Assembly: GCF_006345805.1 (NCBI RefSeq)
Contig: NC_043011.1
Location: forward strand, 16,442,464 to 16,506,463
DNA from: Octopus sinensis
Lineage: Eukaryota
DNA length: 64,000 nucleotides
Direction of reading: 5' to 3'
In this document: one piece after another, positions 26,335 to 39,670 of the stretch
Numbering within the stretch: position 1 is the stretch's first letter
Layout: the number at the start of each line of letters is the position of its first letter
Program-made: the position numbers and the translations under genes
The notes under the pieces: model-generated
What the model saw: only the letters and a program-made list of their open reading frames with translations
What the model was told of the DNA's origin: nothing
Database searches by the model: none

Positions 26335-26695
26335 TTACGTTTTTGTGTATTTAATACTATGCACGTTCGACGTTTCTAAAAACGAAAAAATGTTTGTTGA
26401 AGTACGTTGCTATTGCATTCTAAAAAGCTATGTATTTAGCGCTTAATTTGGAGGAGATTGTTGTGAGTGGGCAATTTAACTTAAAAATAGAGTACTCAGC
26501 GGATATCCGTGGGGTGCGGGCTGGAGTCCCGTGGCTGTCAGCAACTTTTTCCGTCTTGCAACTGTAACAATATCCGATCTTCCTGCTGTTTTTGCGGCTT
26601 TACTGCATCTGAAAGATTAACTTTCTTGTCTGTACAATATGATACACATTCGACGCTTCTAAATCCAAATAAAAGCTTGTTTACATGAGTTGTTG

Positions 26696-26738
<43 letters not shown>

Positions 26739-26999
26739 ATACGAAAATGTGTTGTTGAAAATGTACCTAAATTTCAAAAACTCGTAACTGTTTAAAATAC
26801 TTTTATTTACATATATACCAAACTAGTTTCAACAATATCTTTGTTTATCAATGGTAAAAGTTTAAAGTTATGAATTAGAAAAAACATGTTTGTTTATCAA
26901 TGGTAAAATTTTAAAATTATGAATTAGAAAAACATTTTTAAAAGTTTCGATGTTGACAAATTAACATGTTCAAAATAGATAAATTTAGCATTATAAATT

Positions 27000-28480
27000 A
27001 GGAAGATAATGTAAGTTTGAATGTTCATAGCAGTCAATAATATTAAAACTGTATATCAATTGGTTTGCATGTACTAAGTTGGTTAATTTTAGCGGTGGTC
27101 GACAAGCCATACTGCAAAAACAAGGGAGAAATGAAAATAGTAGAATAAGGAATTTGTTTACAGTTTCTCTGATCCTCTTTCTGGTTTTGGGATCAAATGT
27201 ATATATATTTGTTTCTGCGAGCAGATTTGATTTTTGATTGGAGACTTTTTCTTTTTTGCAGTGGTCAAGCTTGTCGTTCTGCTTAGTTGGTTTCCTTGTG
27301 TAGACGGTCATAAGTCGTTTCGTTGTATTTGCTGAAGTTCGTTTTTGATTTCTCTGGAATTAGGTGACGTCAGCAACTGGTGTTTGTATGGTGATTTGTA
27401 GTTGCGATTTCGAAACCCGGGTGAAAGATTGTTACTAACGCTTTAAAAAACTTTTTGTTGCACCTGGTTGTTTTTTGTGTTCAAATTGAGTCTTTTTTTC
27501 TTTTGACTGCTCTTTCCTTCTTTCTAAAGGATATTCAGCTGTGGTTTATATTTCTTAATCAGTATGTTTTCCTTATTTAAACAGAATTAGGTTGAAGTGT
27601 TTCCAGGGCATTGATAGAGAGGGAAGATTTGGTATTTAGCATTTATATCTACAGGCCATTGCTCTCGGTTCTTGCTTACGGGAATTTTCCTAGCGTAGGG
27701 TCCTAGATTTGTTGCCTGAGCACCGTGAGTCGATCCCTCAAAGTTAAGCTAGTTTAACCAATGTAGTCCCCTCCACAACCTCCACATTTGAGAACATTAA
27801 TTTCTACGAAGCGCAGGTGAAGTCATATTTTATGGTAAAAGTTTGACCTGACTTAAATTTGTATGTTGAGCCCTCTAAGAGGGAGATGAAGTTCTGCAGT
27901 TAGGGCGGCTGCACTTTTTGACTTGTGGGGTTGTATTTTTTGTGGGTAATTTGGCGCTGGTGAATAATTTTTTTAGGGATAGCGGTTGTCTCTTGCTTTT
28001 AATAATCCTGTGTGTTTCCAGCGCCTTTTTTATTCGCAGGTCCTTCATAAGGATGGGTATGTTTGTTTTGGTGGATGATGTTGTTTGCTTCCAGGTTTCT
28101 TGGATTGTGTGTTGATACGTAAGATAGAATTTTAAGTGTGTCATGGTGTTTTCTTGTTTTTCGTAACTCTTGGATATCTATCATTTTTGCCTGTTCTATT
28201 CCATTTTTTATTAGAATGAATGGGTATTTTCAATGCAGTAATGTGTTTTTAAGTTCTTGGAGTTGCTTTTGTCGGGTTTCGGGATTTGATGCAATCGTGC
28301 AAATTCTTCTTGCAAAGCTGAACGGTATATTTATTTTAGTAAGTTTTGGGTGGCAAGAGGAGGATAAAAAATATTGTTTTGAGTTCGTTGGTTTGAAGGA
28401 AATGTCGGTTTCAATTTCAGTATCTCTCTTTATAGTTGTGAGAGTATGTTCCAATGCTAGCAGATGTATATGCACAGCTA
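27000..28480 (-). mobile_element. Penelope-like element remnant (RT C-terminus + GIY-YIG endonuclease)
   Basis: ETDISFKPTNSKQYFLSSSCHPKLTKINIPFSFARRICTI (28230-28475); KRQPLSLKKL..KKCSRPNC (27875-28144); LKCGGCGGDYIG.TSLTLRDR (~27730-27800); stops present. Confidence 0.85.
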
Positions 28481-28603
28481 TAAATATATGTTTGCATGAA
28501 TATGTGTTTACGTATTAACTTTTACAAGTAAAATGCTGACAATAACTTCGATGTTTCTGTTTGCTTGCATTTATCATAGTGCATATATAACATATAAGTA
28601 AAT

Positions 28604-28604
<1 letters not shown>

Positions 28605-28658
<54 letters not shown>

Positions 28659-28660
28659 GA
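28605..28660. repeat. (GA)n microsatellite
   Basis: Direct reading. Confidence 0.95.
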
Positions 28661-28904
28661 AAATTAGCCCCTTGGTACGATTTGAATCAGTTATTTCATA
28701 GATATCTTTCACATAAAAATCCTCACATGTGTTATATAGGATTAACTAAATTCCTGGACGTGAAGGAATATCACATGTTAATGCAAATAATTTGGTGTAA
28801 ATCCAGTTGGAAACTAATATGAAACATCAATAGCAATATAACATATAATGTAATAGTCATCAATTAACTCAAATGTAGACTGCAATACCAAATGCTAGAC
28901 TGAG

Positions 28905-29120
28905 GTCATAAAATACTTGGTACAAGGCCCGAAGTTTTGGGGGAATGGGGCCAGTCGATTAGATCGATTCCAGGACGCAACCAGTACTTGATTTATCGAC
29001 CCCTGAAAGGATGAAAGGCAAAGTCGACTTCGGCGGAATTTGAACTCGGAACGTAAGACAGACGAAATACTGCTAAGCATTTCGCCCGGCGTCCTAACGT
29101 TTCTGCCAGCTCGCCGCCTT
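28905..29120 (-). mobile_element. S1 SINE
   Basis: ggatgaaaggcaaagtcgacttcggcggaatttgaactc..ctgccagctcgccgcctt. Confidence 0.85.
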
Positions 29121-29559
29121 GACGTTATAAAATATTAAACGTATTAATAGACCTTAACGTTTCAATTATTCCACTCTATAACAAGTAATGCATTACTTTA
29201 ATTTATTCCGAAGAAAAATACATAGCATGGTAGCTGGGTGAAACAATTGTATAATTTTCAGTTCAAGCAAATTGGCATTTAACCGAATGGAGAAATGAGA
29301 GCCAAATTTGACACAAATTAGCACAAGTGGTCTCACAATACGCTGAAAAACGGAGGTACTCTGTTTTAATTACTTTAACAACAACTGCTACCGGTGATAA
29401 ATTCCCTGGAGGAGTCAACTATGAGTGATTCTTTTAATCAGCTGTTTTTTAATCGCATGGTTGTATATTTTTATCAAAATTCTTAGCTCTTATCACTATG
29501 GCATAATTTGAACACTGGATCTTAAAATTACTGGTATGATCGAAAGAGTATTAATGAAG

Positions 29560-30460
29560 GGGAGAAAGTAGGGGAAAGTTGCGAACCGGTACTAGAGAGC
29601 TATACTGTTTATTGGCACCGAAACCGGAGAAGCTATATGAACCACTTCGGTATTGAACTGCATTCTCCAAATCAAAGTAATTTTCCTTGTCACTCTAGCA
29701 CGGCTACCAATTTGCGACTTCCAACGGCAACATTAAACGTAAGAATAAAAAAAAAATGGATTATATGAATGGAAACGCTTGATTGAATAACAATCTTATT
29801 GGGAATATATTTTCATAGTACAACTCAAAAAGGGATATTCATATTTTCCAAAATATTAAGCTATTTAAAGAAATGTTTATATTTTACAAAAATATAAATA
29901 ATAAATGTATTGATAAATTAAATTGGTCTACACACTGACAGACACATAACTATTTATCTATACCTACATACATACATATGTATGTTTATATATATATATA
30001 TATATAATATATATATATTAACTTACTTATTTAGATACACACATGTGTGTATATATGTATGTATGTATGTAGGTAGGTATGTAGTTAAAACAATCACGCT
30101 CATTTATGATTTATTTCGACCTCTTCTCTAGGTACGATAAAATCAAAGATTTCTGACATAGCTTCATTGCGTGCTTCCTGATCGAGGTCAATTCTCTGTC
30201 GCAGTATTTATTGACCCGAGACAAATGGCTATTAAGGAAATTCTGCAGCCCATTAAATTGATTCATATAACACATTAGATTTATTCCATTCCATAAAACA
30301 TACTTTAGTGAACTTGTTGGACATTTTTGCCGCAAGGCCTGACATATTGTCTAATGGTTAGGCATCATTGCTATGAAAAACTCCATAAATCGTTTCACTT
30401 CATCGATAGTTGTTAAATACTGCTCCATAGCCGAAGACAAATCTTTTGAGAAACACTATA
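29560..30460. mobile_element. Possible pogo-like DNA transposon remnant
   Basis: Terminus-like aggggagaaagtaggggaaagttgcgaacc at ~29558; weak HTH-like residues on minus ~30330-30420. Confidence 0.25.
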
Positions 30461-31139
30461 TTTTCAAAACTACCAACACTGTTTACTATTCATAGTATAA
30501 AGCTAACAAAAACATACTTCTACTTTTAGATCCAGAATGTTAAATTTTATACTATTTTTTTTTGCTTTCCAAAAGTTGGAAGTTATTTTACTTCTCAAAA
30601 GCAATAATCGAAAGTCGAATGGAAACAAGTAACAATCTTGATGAAGCTGATATTCTTAATTTTCACAAATATTTCATTAATTGTTTCAAGGAGTTAATGA
30701 GATTTAAATGTTAGGGTTACAAGGAACTTTCAATAGTTGATTTTTAAAGAGAACTTAACTTATTATAGTCACACTGACACAGGCACACGCACGCAAATAC
30801 TTCACAGACATACACGCATCCATTCATTAATATATACCTTCATAGATGCATACATACATGCATACACAGCACACTTGTCAGATGAAGGCACCAAACTAAT
30901 TTGAGTGCAGACTATTTATTTCTTAGAATTATACTTATTGAATTTAACGTCAAAATTGAAAACAAGTGCGAGAATGATGAACTTGCTATAATGGGTTTCG
31001 TTATAACAATTTACTAACGGGGAAAAAATGTCATTAATTTAAACACCGTACTACAGAATTAAGTGAAATTTTGTACTTCACCTGCGTAAGCATAATTTTT
31101 TCCGATCCTCGATTTTATCGTGAATATATCCTAACGCAC

Positions 31140-31212
31140 ATACACACATACAGTTCGATAGACATACATACATACATACATACATACATACATACATACA
31201 TACATACATACA

Positions 31213-31244
<32 letters not shown>

Positions 31245-31540
31245 GATAGATAAATAGATAGATAGATAGATATACATACATACATACAAACATACATACA
31301 TACAAACATACATACATACATACATATACATACATACATATAGATAGATAAATAGATAGGTATGCATACATGCATACATACACACATACATACATATAGA
31401 TAGATAAATAGATAGCTATATAGATATACATGCATACATACATACATGCAAATATACATACAAACATACATAAAAACATACATACATACATACATACATA
31501 CATACATACATACATACATACATACATACATACATACTTA
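31140..31540. repeat. (CATA)n/(GATA)n compound microsatellite
   Basis: Direct reading; source of the spurious YVCM/HTYI ORFs. Confidence 0.95.
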
Positions 31541-31815
31541 TGAGATAACATTGATGAACAACAACCGATTTGCAAGTGTTGCAAATCAATTGTTGCTCAT
31601 CAATATTATTTCCATTTTCTGCTTTCTTTAAATTTTGATTCCTGATAAACTCCTGTTTATCCTTGTCGTTACCTATAATTTATGAGCATAACATGTTTGC
31701 CCATGGTTTAATATAGGGAATATACCGGTAGCATTTTGGATACTTTTATCCTTTAGGCGGTTATTTTAACATAAACCTCAACTAACCTTATATATATATG
31801 TGTGTGTGTGTGTAT

Positions 31816-31857
<42 letters not shown>

Positions 31858-31927
31858 GTGACCGCGTGTGTATCGTTGGCGATTTTTTTCCTCCGTTTTC
31901 CCTTCTCTGGATCTTTCCTTTTCCTAT

Positions 31928-31962
31928 GTTTCTGACGAAGAGCTCAGCTCGAAACATAAAAC
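31928..31962 (+). ncRNA. Minimal type-I hammerhead motif (stem III mismatch) in a ~200-bp repeat
   Basis: GTTT-CTGACGA-A-GAGC-tca-GCTC-GAAAC-AT-A-AAAC. Confidence 0.65.
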
Positions 31963-32082
31963 CCTCCTTCCCTTCCTTCTTGAGCGTCCAGTAATACTAT
32001 ATTGTTCCACGTCCTCGCGTTGTGTGTTTTCTCTTGGTGTTTTCATGTTTGGATTAATATATATATATATATATTATATATA

Positions 32083-32970
32083 TTTCAACAATTGAGGCAA
32101 AATTAATTAATTATAATCAACTCACCAAGTGTTCAGTATGCAAAGGACCATCAAGGCGAATTCAAATTATTCCATTATATAAAAGGGCTTAGTAAATAAA
32201 TTACTTTGCCGCATACTGAACTCATTAGAAATAGCAGCTAAAAAACTTTTTTAAAGCTATTTTCTATACTTAAAGAAAATCTCTCTCATATATAGTGTTT
32301 GCTTAATTCAACTCACAAAAGTTTGGGGGTTAAGGACATCGAAAAAATCAAATGCTAAGGTTATTCGAGAACGTACGTTTCAAGATTAGTCAAAACAACA
32401 TTTCTATCATCGGCTCAGAAATTCCTTGGTTTGGATTTGGAACACTGAAAATAAGAAAATACCCTTTCGAAGATCTGCTCCCAACTAAACAGTGCCAACA
32501 AATTCAAATAAGCAAGCGAAGAATCTCTGTTCTCCCCTTTCCACCGCGTGGGTTAAAATCATCAAACACTATGCTTATTTCGGTAAAATCCGAAGCATTA
32601 ATCAGAGGGAGATTAATATAATTTCAACAATGGAGGCAAAATTAATTAATTATAATCAATTCCCAAGTGTTCAGTATGCAAAGGGACCATTCAGGCGAAT
32701 TCAAATTATCCATTATATAAAAGGGCTTAGTAAAATAAATTACTTTGCCGCATACTGAACTCATTAGAAATAGCAGCTAAAAAACTTTTTTAAAGCTATT
32801 TCTAATACTTAAAGAAAATCTCTTCATATATAGTGAGGTGAATTAAGCAAACACTATATATGAGAGAGATTTTCTTTAAGTATTAGAAATAGCTTTAAAA
32901 AAGTTTTTTTAGCTGCTATTTCTAATGAGTTCAGTATGCGGCAAAGTAATTTATTTTACTAAGCCCTTTT
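32083..32970. repeat. ~540-bp unit, partial tandem copy and terminal fold-back
   Basis: 32083-32300 repeats at 32622-32836; 32851-32970 is the reverse complement of ~32714-32836. Confidence 0.85.
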
Positions 32971-33364
32971 ATATATATATATATATAATCAAAATAAGCA
33001 ACACCATACAAAATTCTGGTGCATGTAAATTAAGTACTATATTCATTTGAATATATATATATATATATATATAATATAATATACAGTGTGGCCCAAAAGT
33101 ATGTATACAGTTATCTCGTAGGCAATTTAATTTTCTTTTAAAACATTTTATTACACTTAAATTTCTGTCTTACAAACTGAAAAGGGAGCTTGACGAAATT
33201 AACTAAACTAGCATAGAATAATGGTTTCATATTCTTTTACAATTAAGATTTAATCTGCTACACTGTATAAGTATAGGTACATGCATGTGTGTGTGTGTAT
33301 GTGTTTGTGTGTATGTTTGTGTGTGTGTGCCAAAATTCACATATCATTATATGTGATTTCAAAT

Positions 33365-33550
33365 TCGGTGAGCTGGCAGAATCGTTAGCACAGAGGGGAA
33401 AAATTTTAGTGACATTTCGACCGTCTTCACGTTCTGAGTACAAATTCCGCCGAGGTCAACTGTGCCTTTCGTCCTTTCGAACGTCGATAAAATACTGGAA
33501 TCGATATAATCACCTACCCACTACCCCCAAATGTCAGGCCTTGTGTTCAG
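33365..33550 (+). mobile_element. S1 SINE
   Basis: ggtgagctggcagaatcgttagcac..caaattccgccgaggtcaactgtgcctttcgtcc. Confidence 0.75.
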
Positions 33551-34849
33551 GCTTTGTGCCTTTAGTTCATCTTAGACAATATAAAACGGCATCAATGGAA
33601 TATTATTATTTACAAAACTGGTTTTACGTAGACATCCATTCGCATGCAGAGCTTTGCTATTTAGAAAGTAGATGTACAATCTAAGTGTTATTTTGATATT
33701 TCTCATTACTATTTGTGATTGTCTAATTATAATCTCCCTTTCTTGCTTTCAGTTTATATAAGGAACTCGAAAACCTCATTTATCTTTTATAATATGATAC
33801 AAATTTTATTGTATTGTAAGTGAGTATAACTATTTTTTGATGTAAACATTACGAGACTACTTGATTAATGTCACTTCTAGGATAACATGAATTCAATTCT
33901 ACAATGTCTTATGAGCAAGTAAGACGAGCAAGTATCCGTACATAATGTGTATCATTCGATCTACTAAAAAATGACAAACAAACGCCATTTCATTCCCGTC
34001 TGACTAACTTTAAAATCTAATTTAGACGCGGGAAAATATAGCCAATCATACAAAAAACAAACGCGAGACTCAAGTTTAGAAAGCCAGTGATAAATATATC
34101 TAATTGCTCCAAGAATGAAATTTGCCTAATCAAAATTTATAGTGCTGAGCATGTTTCGTACTTGTTTTAATCATTTCTATCAATGAATACTCTAGAAATA
34201 TGAAATGCAAAGGAAATCTATTGGGAATTTATTTCAATATTTCGGGTTATAAAATGAAATAATAACGGTATTTACCTTTCCATTTGACTGCTCTTGTCAT
34301 TTCACATAACATCAGAAAAAGAACTGCAGGACACATGGGGAAACTATGCACACGGAGAATCACAAATAATGTTTTAATAATAAATAATAATGTTTTAGTT
34401 TCATTGTATTCTCTGTATTTTGCATGAATTTAAACAAATGAGAACTGTTTCTTTTTGGTGAGACGGTATATTTAACACGCTTTAGAAATAGAGACTAGAT
34501 TTTGTAACGGAGTACTTCTTTATAACAAGTACTTTCGTATTGCTAATAAAATTCAAATTTATTTGTAGGCGTCGTTAGCTCCCGTTTTGCGGGCGAGGAA
34601 AGTCTGTACTTATGGGCTTCGTACATGAAACAAAAATGTTGCTAAATTTAACCATACACAATTACACACATAATCCTATGGCATACAGCATGACAATGCA
34701 CGCATACACACATACATTATAGGTACGTATGTATGCAGATATGTATGTATATCTTCTCTTTCTCTTTTTTAAATTTAGAGTAAATTCTAACTGGCCACCG
34801 ATTTAGTAGCAAGGTTATGGAAGAAAGTATCTTGATTTAACCGTTACAC

Positions 34850-35175
34850 ATTTATTTGTCCCATATATCGTGATCATTTGTAGCGTATGAATTAAGGATT
34901 TACATTTTATCCTCAAGATTTCAACTTCAGCTATAATTTGGTCCAGACAGCTTATCCTGTTACTCCAGTAATAATTGGTATGATGCTGAAAGTGTATCTT
35001 GGATACTGGATTTTCAAATTCTTTATCAATGGTCCATAGATATCCTCTATCTTTTGTATTTTTCTAACCCCACATTCGTGTCCAAAGGACAGCTGATTTT
35101 CACAAGAAAACTTACCTTTACTTTGTGATCCCACACAACGGTATTTGGTCGGTTGTGTTGTAACATCGTAGGTGT
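34850..35175 (-). mobile_element. RLE-type LINE 3' fragment (restriction-like endonuclease)
   Basis: HNRPNTVVWD..KISCPLDTN then IYGPLIKNLKIQYPRYTFSIIPIITG across a frameshift. Confidence 0.65.
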
Positions 35176-35234
35176 ATGCCCGAATACGTATGGGTTTGTA
35201 TATATATATATATTATATATATATATATATACAT

Positions 35235-35402
35235 ATATACGACTGGCTTCTTTCAGTTTCCGTCTACCAAATCCACTCACAAAGCATTGGTCGACCGGGA
35301 CTATAGCAGAAGACACTTGCCCAAGATGCCACGCAGTGGGACTGAACCCGAAGCCATGTGGTTGGTTAGCAAGCTACTTACCACACAGCCACTCTTGCGC
35401 CT
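35235..35402 (-). mobile_element. S2 SINE 5' half
   Basis: gacacttgcccaagatgccacgcagtgggactgaacccg..accacacagccactcttgcgcc. Confidence 0.85.
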
Positions 35403-35446
35403 GTATATATATATATATATATATATTATATATTATATATATATAT

Positions 35447-35485
<39 letters not shown>

Positions 35486-36324
35486 CATGTGTGTATGTGT
35501 GTGTGTACAAACACGTGAGTATTCGTACATACATCCACAAAATTAAATCACAACCTACCAAATATCGTATGTATGTATATGTATAAACATATATAAGAAG
35601 TGCAGATAAACGTTAAAAATATATTGTAGATGCAATGAAAAAAAAATCACGAAAATGGGAATTTTTTCGCAAATAATGTATTAGATTAACTCTTAAAAAG
35701 AAGCAAAGAGGCTTAACGTACCGGTCTTAGTCATTCATCAGTAGATAAATAGGATGGGTCAAAATAAGGAGAAATATATTATTGAAAAAATAGGTTGATG
35801 AGTACAAAGTACACGTTGCTATGGTTTAAGTTGAGAAGGAAGGAGGGAATGTTATGTATATGTAGGTATCCGTGTTTTGAAATGTGCATGTGGAGGAGGA
35901 GTTTGCATGGTGATGACTTGACGGCGGCGAATATGTGTATAAAGGTCTAGAATTGCGGAAAATTGTAGCGTGTGTTAGTGGGGGTGAAGTTTAACTATAT
36001 GTTTGTTTGTGAGCGTGTTTGCGTGTAACTGTATAGTGCGTGAGAAGGCGTGGAAGTAAGAAGTGGGCGCGGCTGCGAAACTGAGGTAAAAGAGTAGACA
36101 AAAGGAATGTAGAGTGTGTGATAAAGTGTGTGCAAGAGTTACACGGAAAAAAAGGTATGAATAACAGAAGCAAAAACGGAGGAGAGTTGTGAGGTGAAAA
36201 AAAAAAAGAAAAGCCTGAGAATAATGGTTCCAGTGAAACATTAGAAGAAAAAGTATTTACTTAAATGGAATAAGAACATGAATTAATGGATTATGCAGAA
36301 AGATAAGAGGAAAGTGGTAGAGGT

Positions 36325-36490
36325 GTCAGAGTGGCTGTGTGGTAAGTAGATTGCTTACGAACCACGTGGTTCTGGGTTCAGTCCCACCATGTGGCACCTT
36401 GGACAAGTGTCTTCTACAATAGCCTCGGGCCGACCAAAGCCTTGAGTGGATTTGGTAGATCAAAGCTGAAAGAAGCCTGTCGTATGTTTG

Positions 36491-36550
<60 letters not shown>

Positions 36551-36860
36551 TCTCCTTAGCATCGCTTGACAACCGATGCTGGTGTGTTTGCGTCCCGGTA
36601 ACTTAGCGGTTCCGCAAAAGAGAACGATAGAATAATTACTAGGCTTAGGAAGAATAAGTCCTGGGGTCGATTTGCTCGACTAAAGGCGGTGCTCCAGCAT
36701 CGCCGCAGTCAAATGACTGAAACAAGTAAAAGAGCGAGTAAAGATATATATATATGTATGCATATATGCAACACTTTGACTGGGTGTTAAAACAGCTACT
36801 AAATGGCGGTGCTCCGGCATGGCCACAGTCAAATGACTAAAAGAAGTAAAAGAGTAGAGA
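36325..36860 (+). mobile_element. S2 SINE, full length with internal (TG)n, plus an extra tail copy
   Basis: Head gagtggctgtgtggtaagtag, tail aaggcggtgctccagcatcgccgcagtcaaatgactg, repeated at ~36800-36850. Confidence 0.85.
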
Positions 36861-37437
36861 GTAAGTTACAGAGTAAAGCTTTCCACATATGAATGAACAT
36901 CTATTGTATTCTTCTTGCCTTTCCGTGAGTCTCACCAAATTTCTCCCAAAACGAAAAATACGATTACACACACACACACACACATCAACAATCGACCCCA
37001 CTGTCCACTGCGCTATAGGTCCGCTCTGGCACAACTCAATAGATTTTCGTTTCGCACACTAATACCCATTTACGTATTTCTAAAGAGGGATATTCGGCAA
37101 TACGTGCACGCATATCATTTACAACCTTTTAACCCCATTTGAAGTGCGTGCGTATCGTCCTGGCTCCTATCTCTTCACCCGTTTCTTTTTCTTGATCTTA
37201 CTCTTATGCTGTCGTTCTAATAAAGTACTTCCTTTTGTTTTAAACATTAAGCTACTATAGATTTATCATAACTTATCCACATTGTTTTGTATTTTTCTGC
37301 TTCTACTCATTGCAGTTAATATATGACTATACATATGTCTGTGCGTGTATATGTGTCAACTAGTTCATATCGGTCTATCTATCCTACTATCTGTCTGTTT
37401 TTATCTCTTTCCTTCTCTCTTTCTGTATATGTGTGTG

Positions 37438-37468
<31 letters not shown>

Positions 37469-37498
37469 ATTGTGTGCGTATATATGTATATTTATATA

Positions 37499-38758
37499 CA
37501 GCAGTTCGACAAAATAATGGAAACACCTAGCATCATATAATCATAATTTTGAAATATCTATAAAATCGTCAAAAACTTATCTATTTTTATGTTTTATGAC
37601 TTATAATTAGTGTTGCTTAATATGCTTTTTTTTAAATTGCTGTTTCTTTCCAAATATCATCAGAAAAAGGTAAATAAATTCATTAAAATGCCAGATGTAT
37701 CGGTCTTTCAAAGAGGTCAAATTCTTGGTGTTCGTATGGCAGGCGCTAGCGTAATGAAAACAAACCGAAATGTTTGGTGTATCAAGAAATACTGTCTCGA
37801 AAGTAATGACAGCCTTTGAAAAAGAGGGAAAACCTCCTCGTTGAAACAAAACTCTGGAAGAAAGCCTAAACTTTCAGATAGAGACCGACGGACTCATATG
37901 CGAATTGTTGGAAAGGACCACAAACGTACAGCTCCCCAAATTACCACAGAGCTTAATAACAACCTCGAGAACCTAGTTCCAACAAAAAAACTCTTCGGCG
38001 GGAGCTACTCAAAGCCGGATTCTACGGGAGGGCTGCTATCACAAAACCTCTACTTTCAGAAGCAAACTTTGCAAAACGTTTAGAGTGGAGTAAAAACCTA
38101 ACGAATTCGTCCCTAGATCCTGGAAGAATGTTATTTATTCGGACGATGCATCCTTTACCTTATTTCCGACCGCCTGCCGAGTACAGGTGTGGAGACAGCC
38201 AAAAGAAGCATTTGACCCAGACTGCCTTCTTTCAACTGTTAAACATGGAGGAGGATCTGTAATGATCGGTGGTGGGGCTATATTTTGGAAATCTGTCAGT
38301 CCAATGGTTTTCTTTCATGACAGAACTAGTAGTGAAGACTATTTAAGCATTTTATCTGATCAAATTCATCCTATGGCTGCAGAACTGTTTCCGGAAGAAA
38401 ATGCAATCTTTCAGGATGATAATGAACCAATTCACACAGCTAAAGTTGTTACTGAATGGCACGAGGAACATTCTAGTGACGTTAAACATCTTATCTGGCC
38501 ACCACAGTCCCCACATCTCAGCATCATTGAACATCTATGGTGCAGTTTAGAATAACAAATAAGGAGTCGATATCATCCATCATTATCATTAGATGAACTT
38601 GAAACTGTTTTAGCTGAAGAATGGACAAAAATTAATTTGGAAACGATTCAAACTTTGTGCGAGTCCATATCTCGTAGAATTAAAGCTGTAATTACTTCAA
38701 AAGGCGGTCGTATCCCTGCTCCAAATTTAAATATTTCCATTATTTTGTCCAACCCCTG
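37499..38758 (+). mobile_element. Tc1-superfamily DNA transposon, ~1.26 kb, DD36E spacing, pseudogenised transposase
   Basis: TIRs cagcagttcgacaaaataatggaaa / tttccattattttgtccaacccctg with TA on both sides; GRKPKLS, TVKHGGGSVMI, FQDDN..WPPQSPHLSIIE; several frameshifts and a stop. Confidence 0.92.
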
Positions 38759-38784
38759 TACATATATATGTATATGTATGTGTA

Positions 38785-38860
<76 letters not shown>

Positions 38861-38871
38861 AATATATATAT

Positions 38872-38914
<43 letters not shown>

Positions 38915-38920
<6 letters not shown>

Positions 38921-39188
38921 AAAGATAATCCAAACAAGAAAACACAGAAAAAAAGAGAAAAAAACACAGCAACGCAAGACGTGGAACAATTAAAGTATTA
39001 TTGACGCTCAGGAAAGAAGGGAAGGAGGGCTTAACGTTTCGAGCGGAGCTCTTCGTCGGAAACAAGGAGAAGGAAAGATCCCGAGGAGGGAAGACAGAGG
39101 AGAAAATATTTGAGCTGGTGGTGCTCAAGAGATCACATGTTTATATATATATAAAAATTCAGGGTGAATACTTGATAAATGTAAGCAC

Positions 39189-39229
<41 letters not shown>

Positions 39230-39522
39230 TATATATATATATATATATATATGTATAAAGATATCCAAACAAGAAAACACAGAAAAAAAGAGAAAAAAAC
39301 ACAGCAACGCAAGACGTGGAACAATTAAAGTATTATTGACGCTCAGGAAAGAAGGAAGGAGGGCTTAACGTTTCGAGCGGAGCTCTTCGTCGGAAACAAG
39401 GAGAAGGAAAGATCCCGAGGAGGGAAGACAGAGGAGAAAATATTTGAGCTGGTGGTGCTCAAGAGATCACATGTTTATATATATATAAAAATTCAGGGTG
39501 AATACTTGATAAATGTAAGCAC

Positions 39523-39560
<38 letters not shown>
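38915..39560 (-). repeat. Tandem dimer of a 334-bp unit, each with a minimal HHR motif (39027-39064, 39361-39398)
   Basis: Minus strand GTTT-CCGACGA-A-GAGC-tcc-GCTC-GAAAC-GT-T-AAGC in both units; 334-bp offset. Confidence 0.8.
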
Positions 39561-39565
<5 letters not shown>

Positions 39566-39569
39566 TAGA

Positions 39570-39573
39570 TATG

Positions 39574-39670
<97 letters not shown>
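39570..39670. repeat. (GATA)n microsatellite
   Basis: Direct reading. Confidence 0.95.

Noticed and set aside
26846-26985. Hammerhead in the 3' region of the Penelope-like element
   Set aside because: A hairpin plus CGAAAC is present on the minus strand (~26944-26968) but no recognisable core; the adjacent ~50-bp tandem duplication is uninformative.
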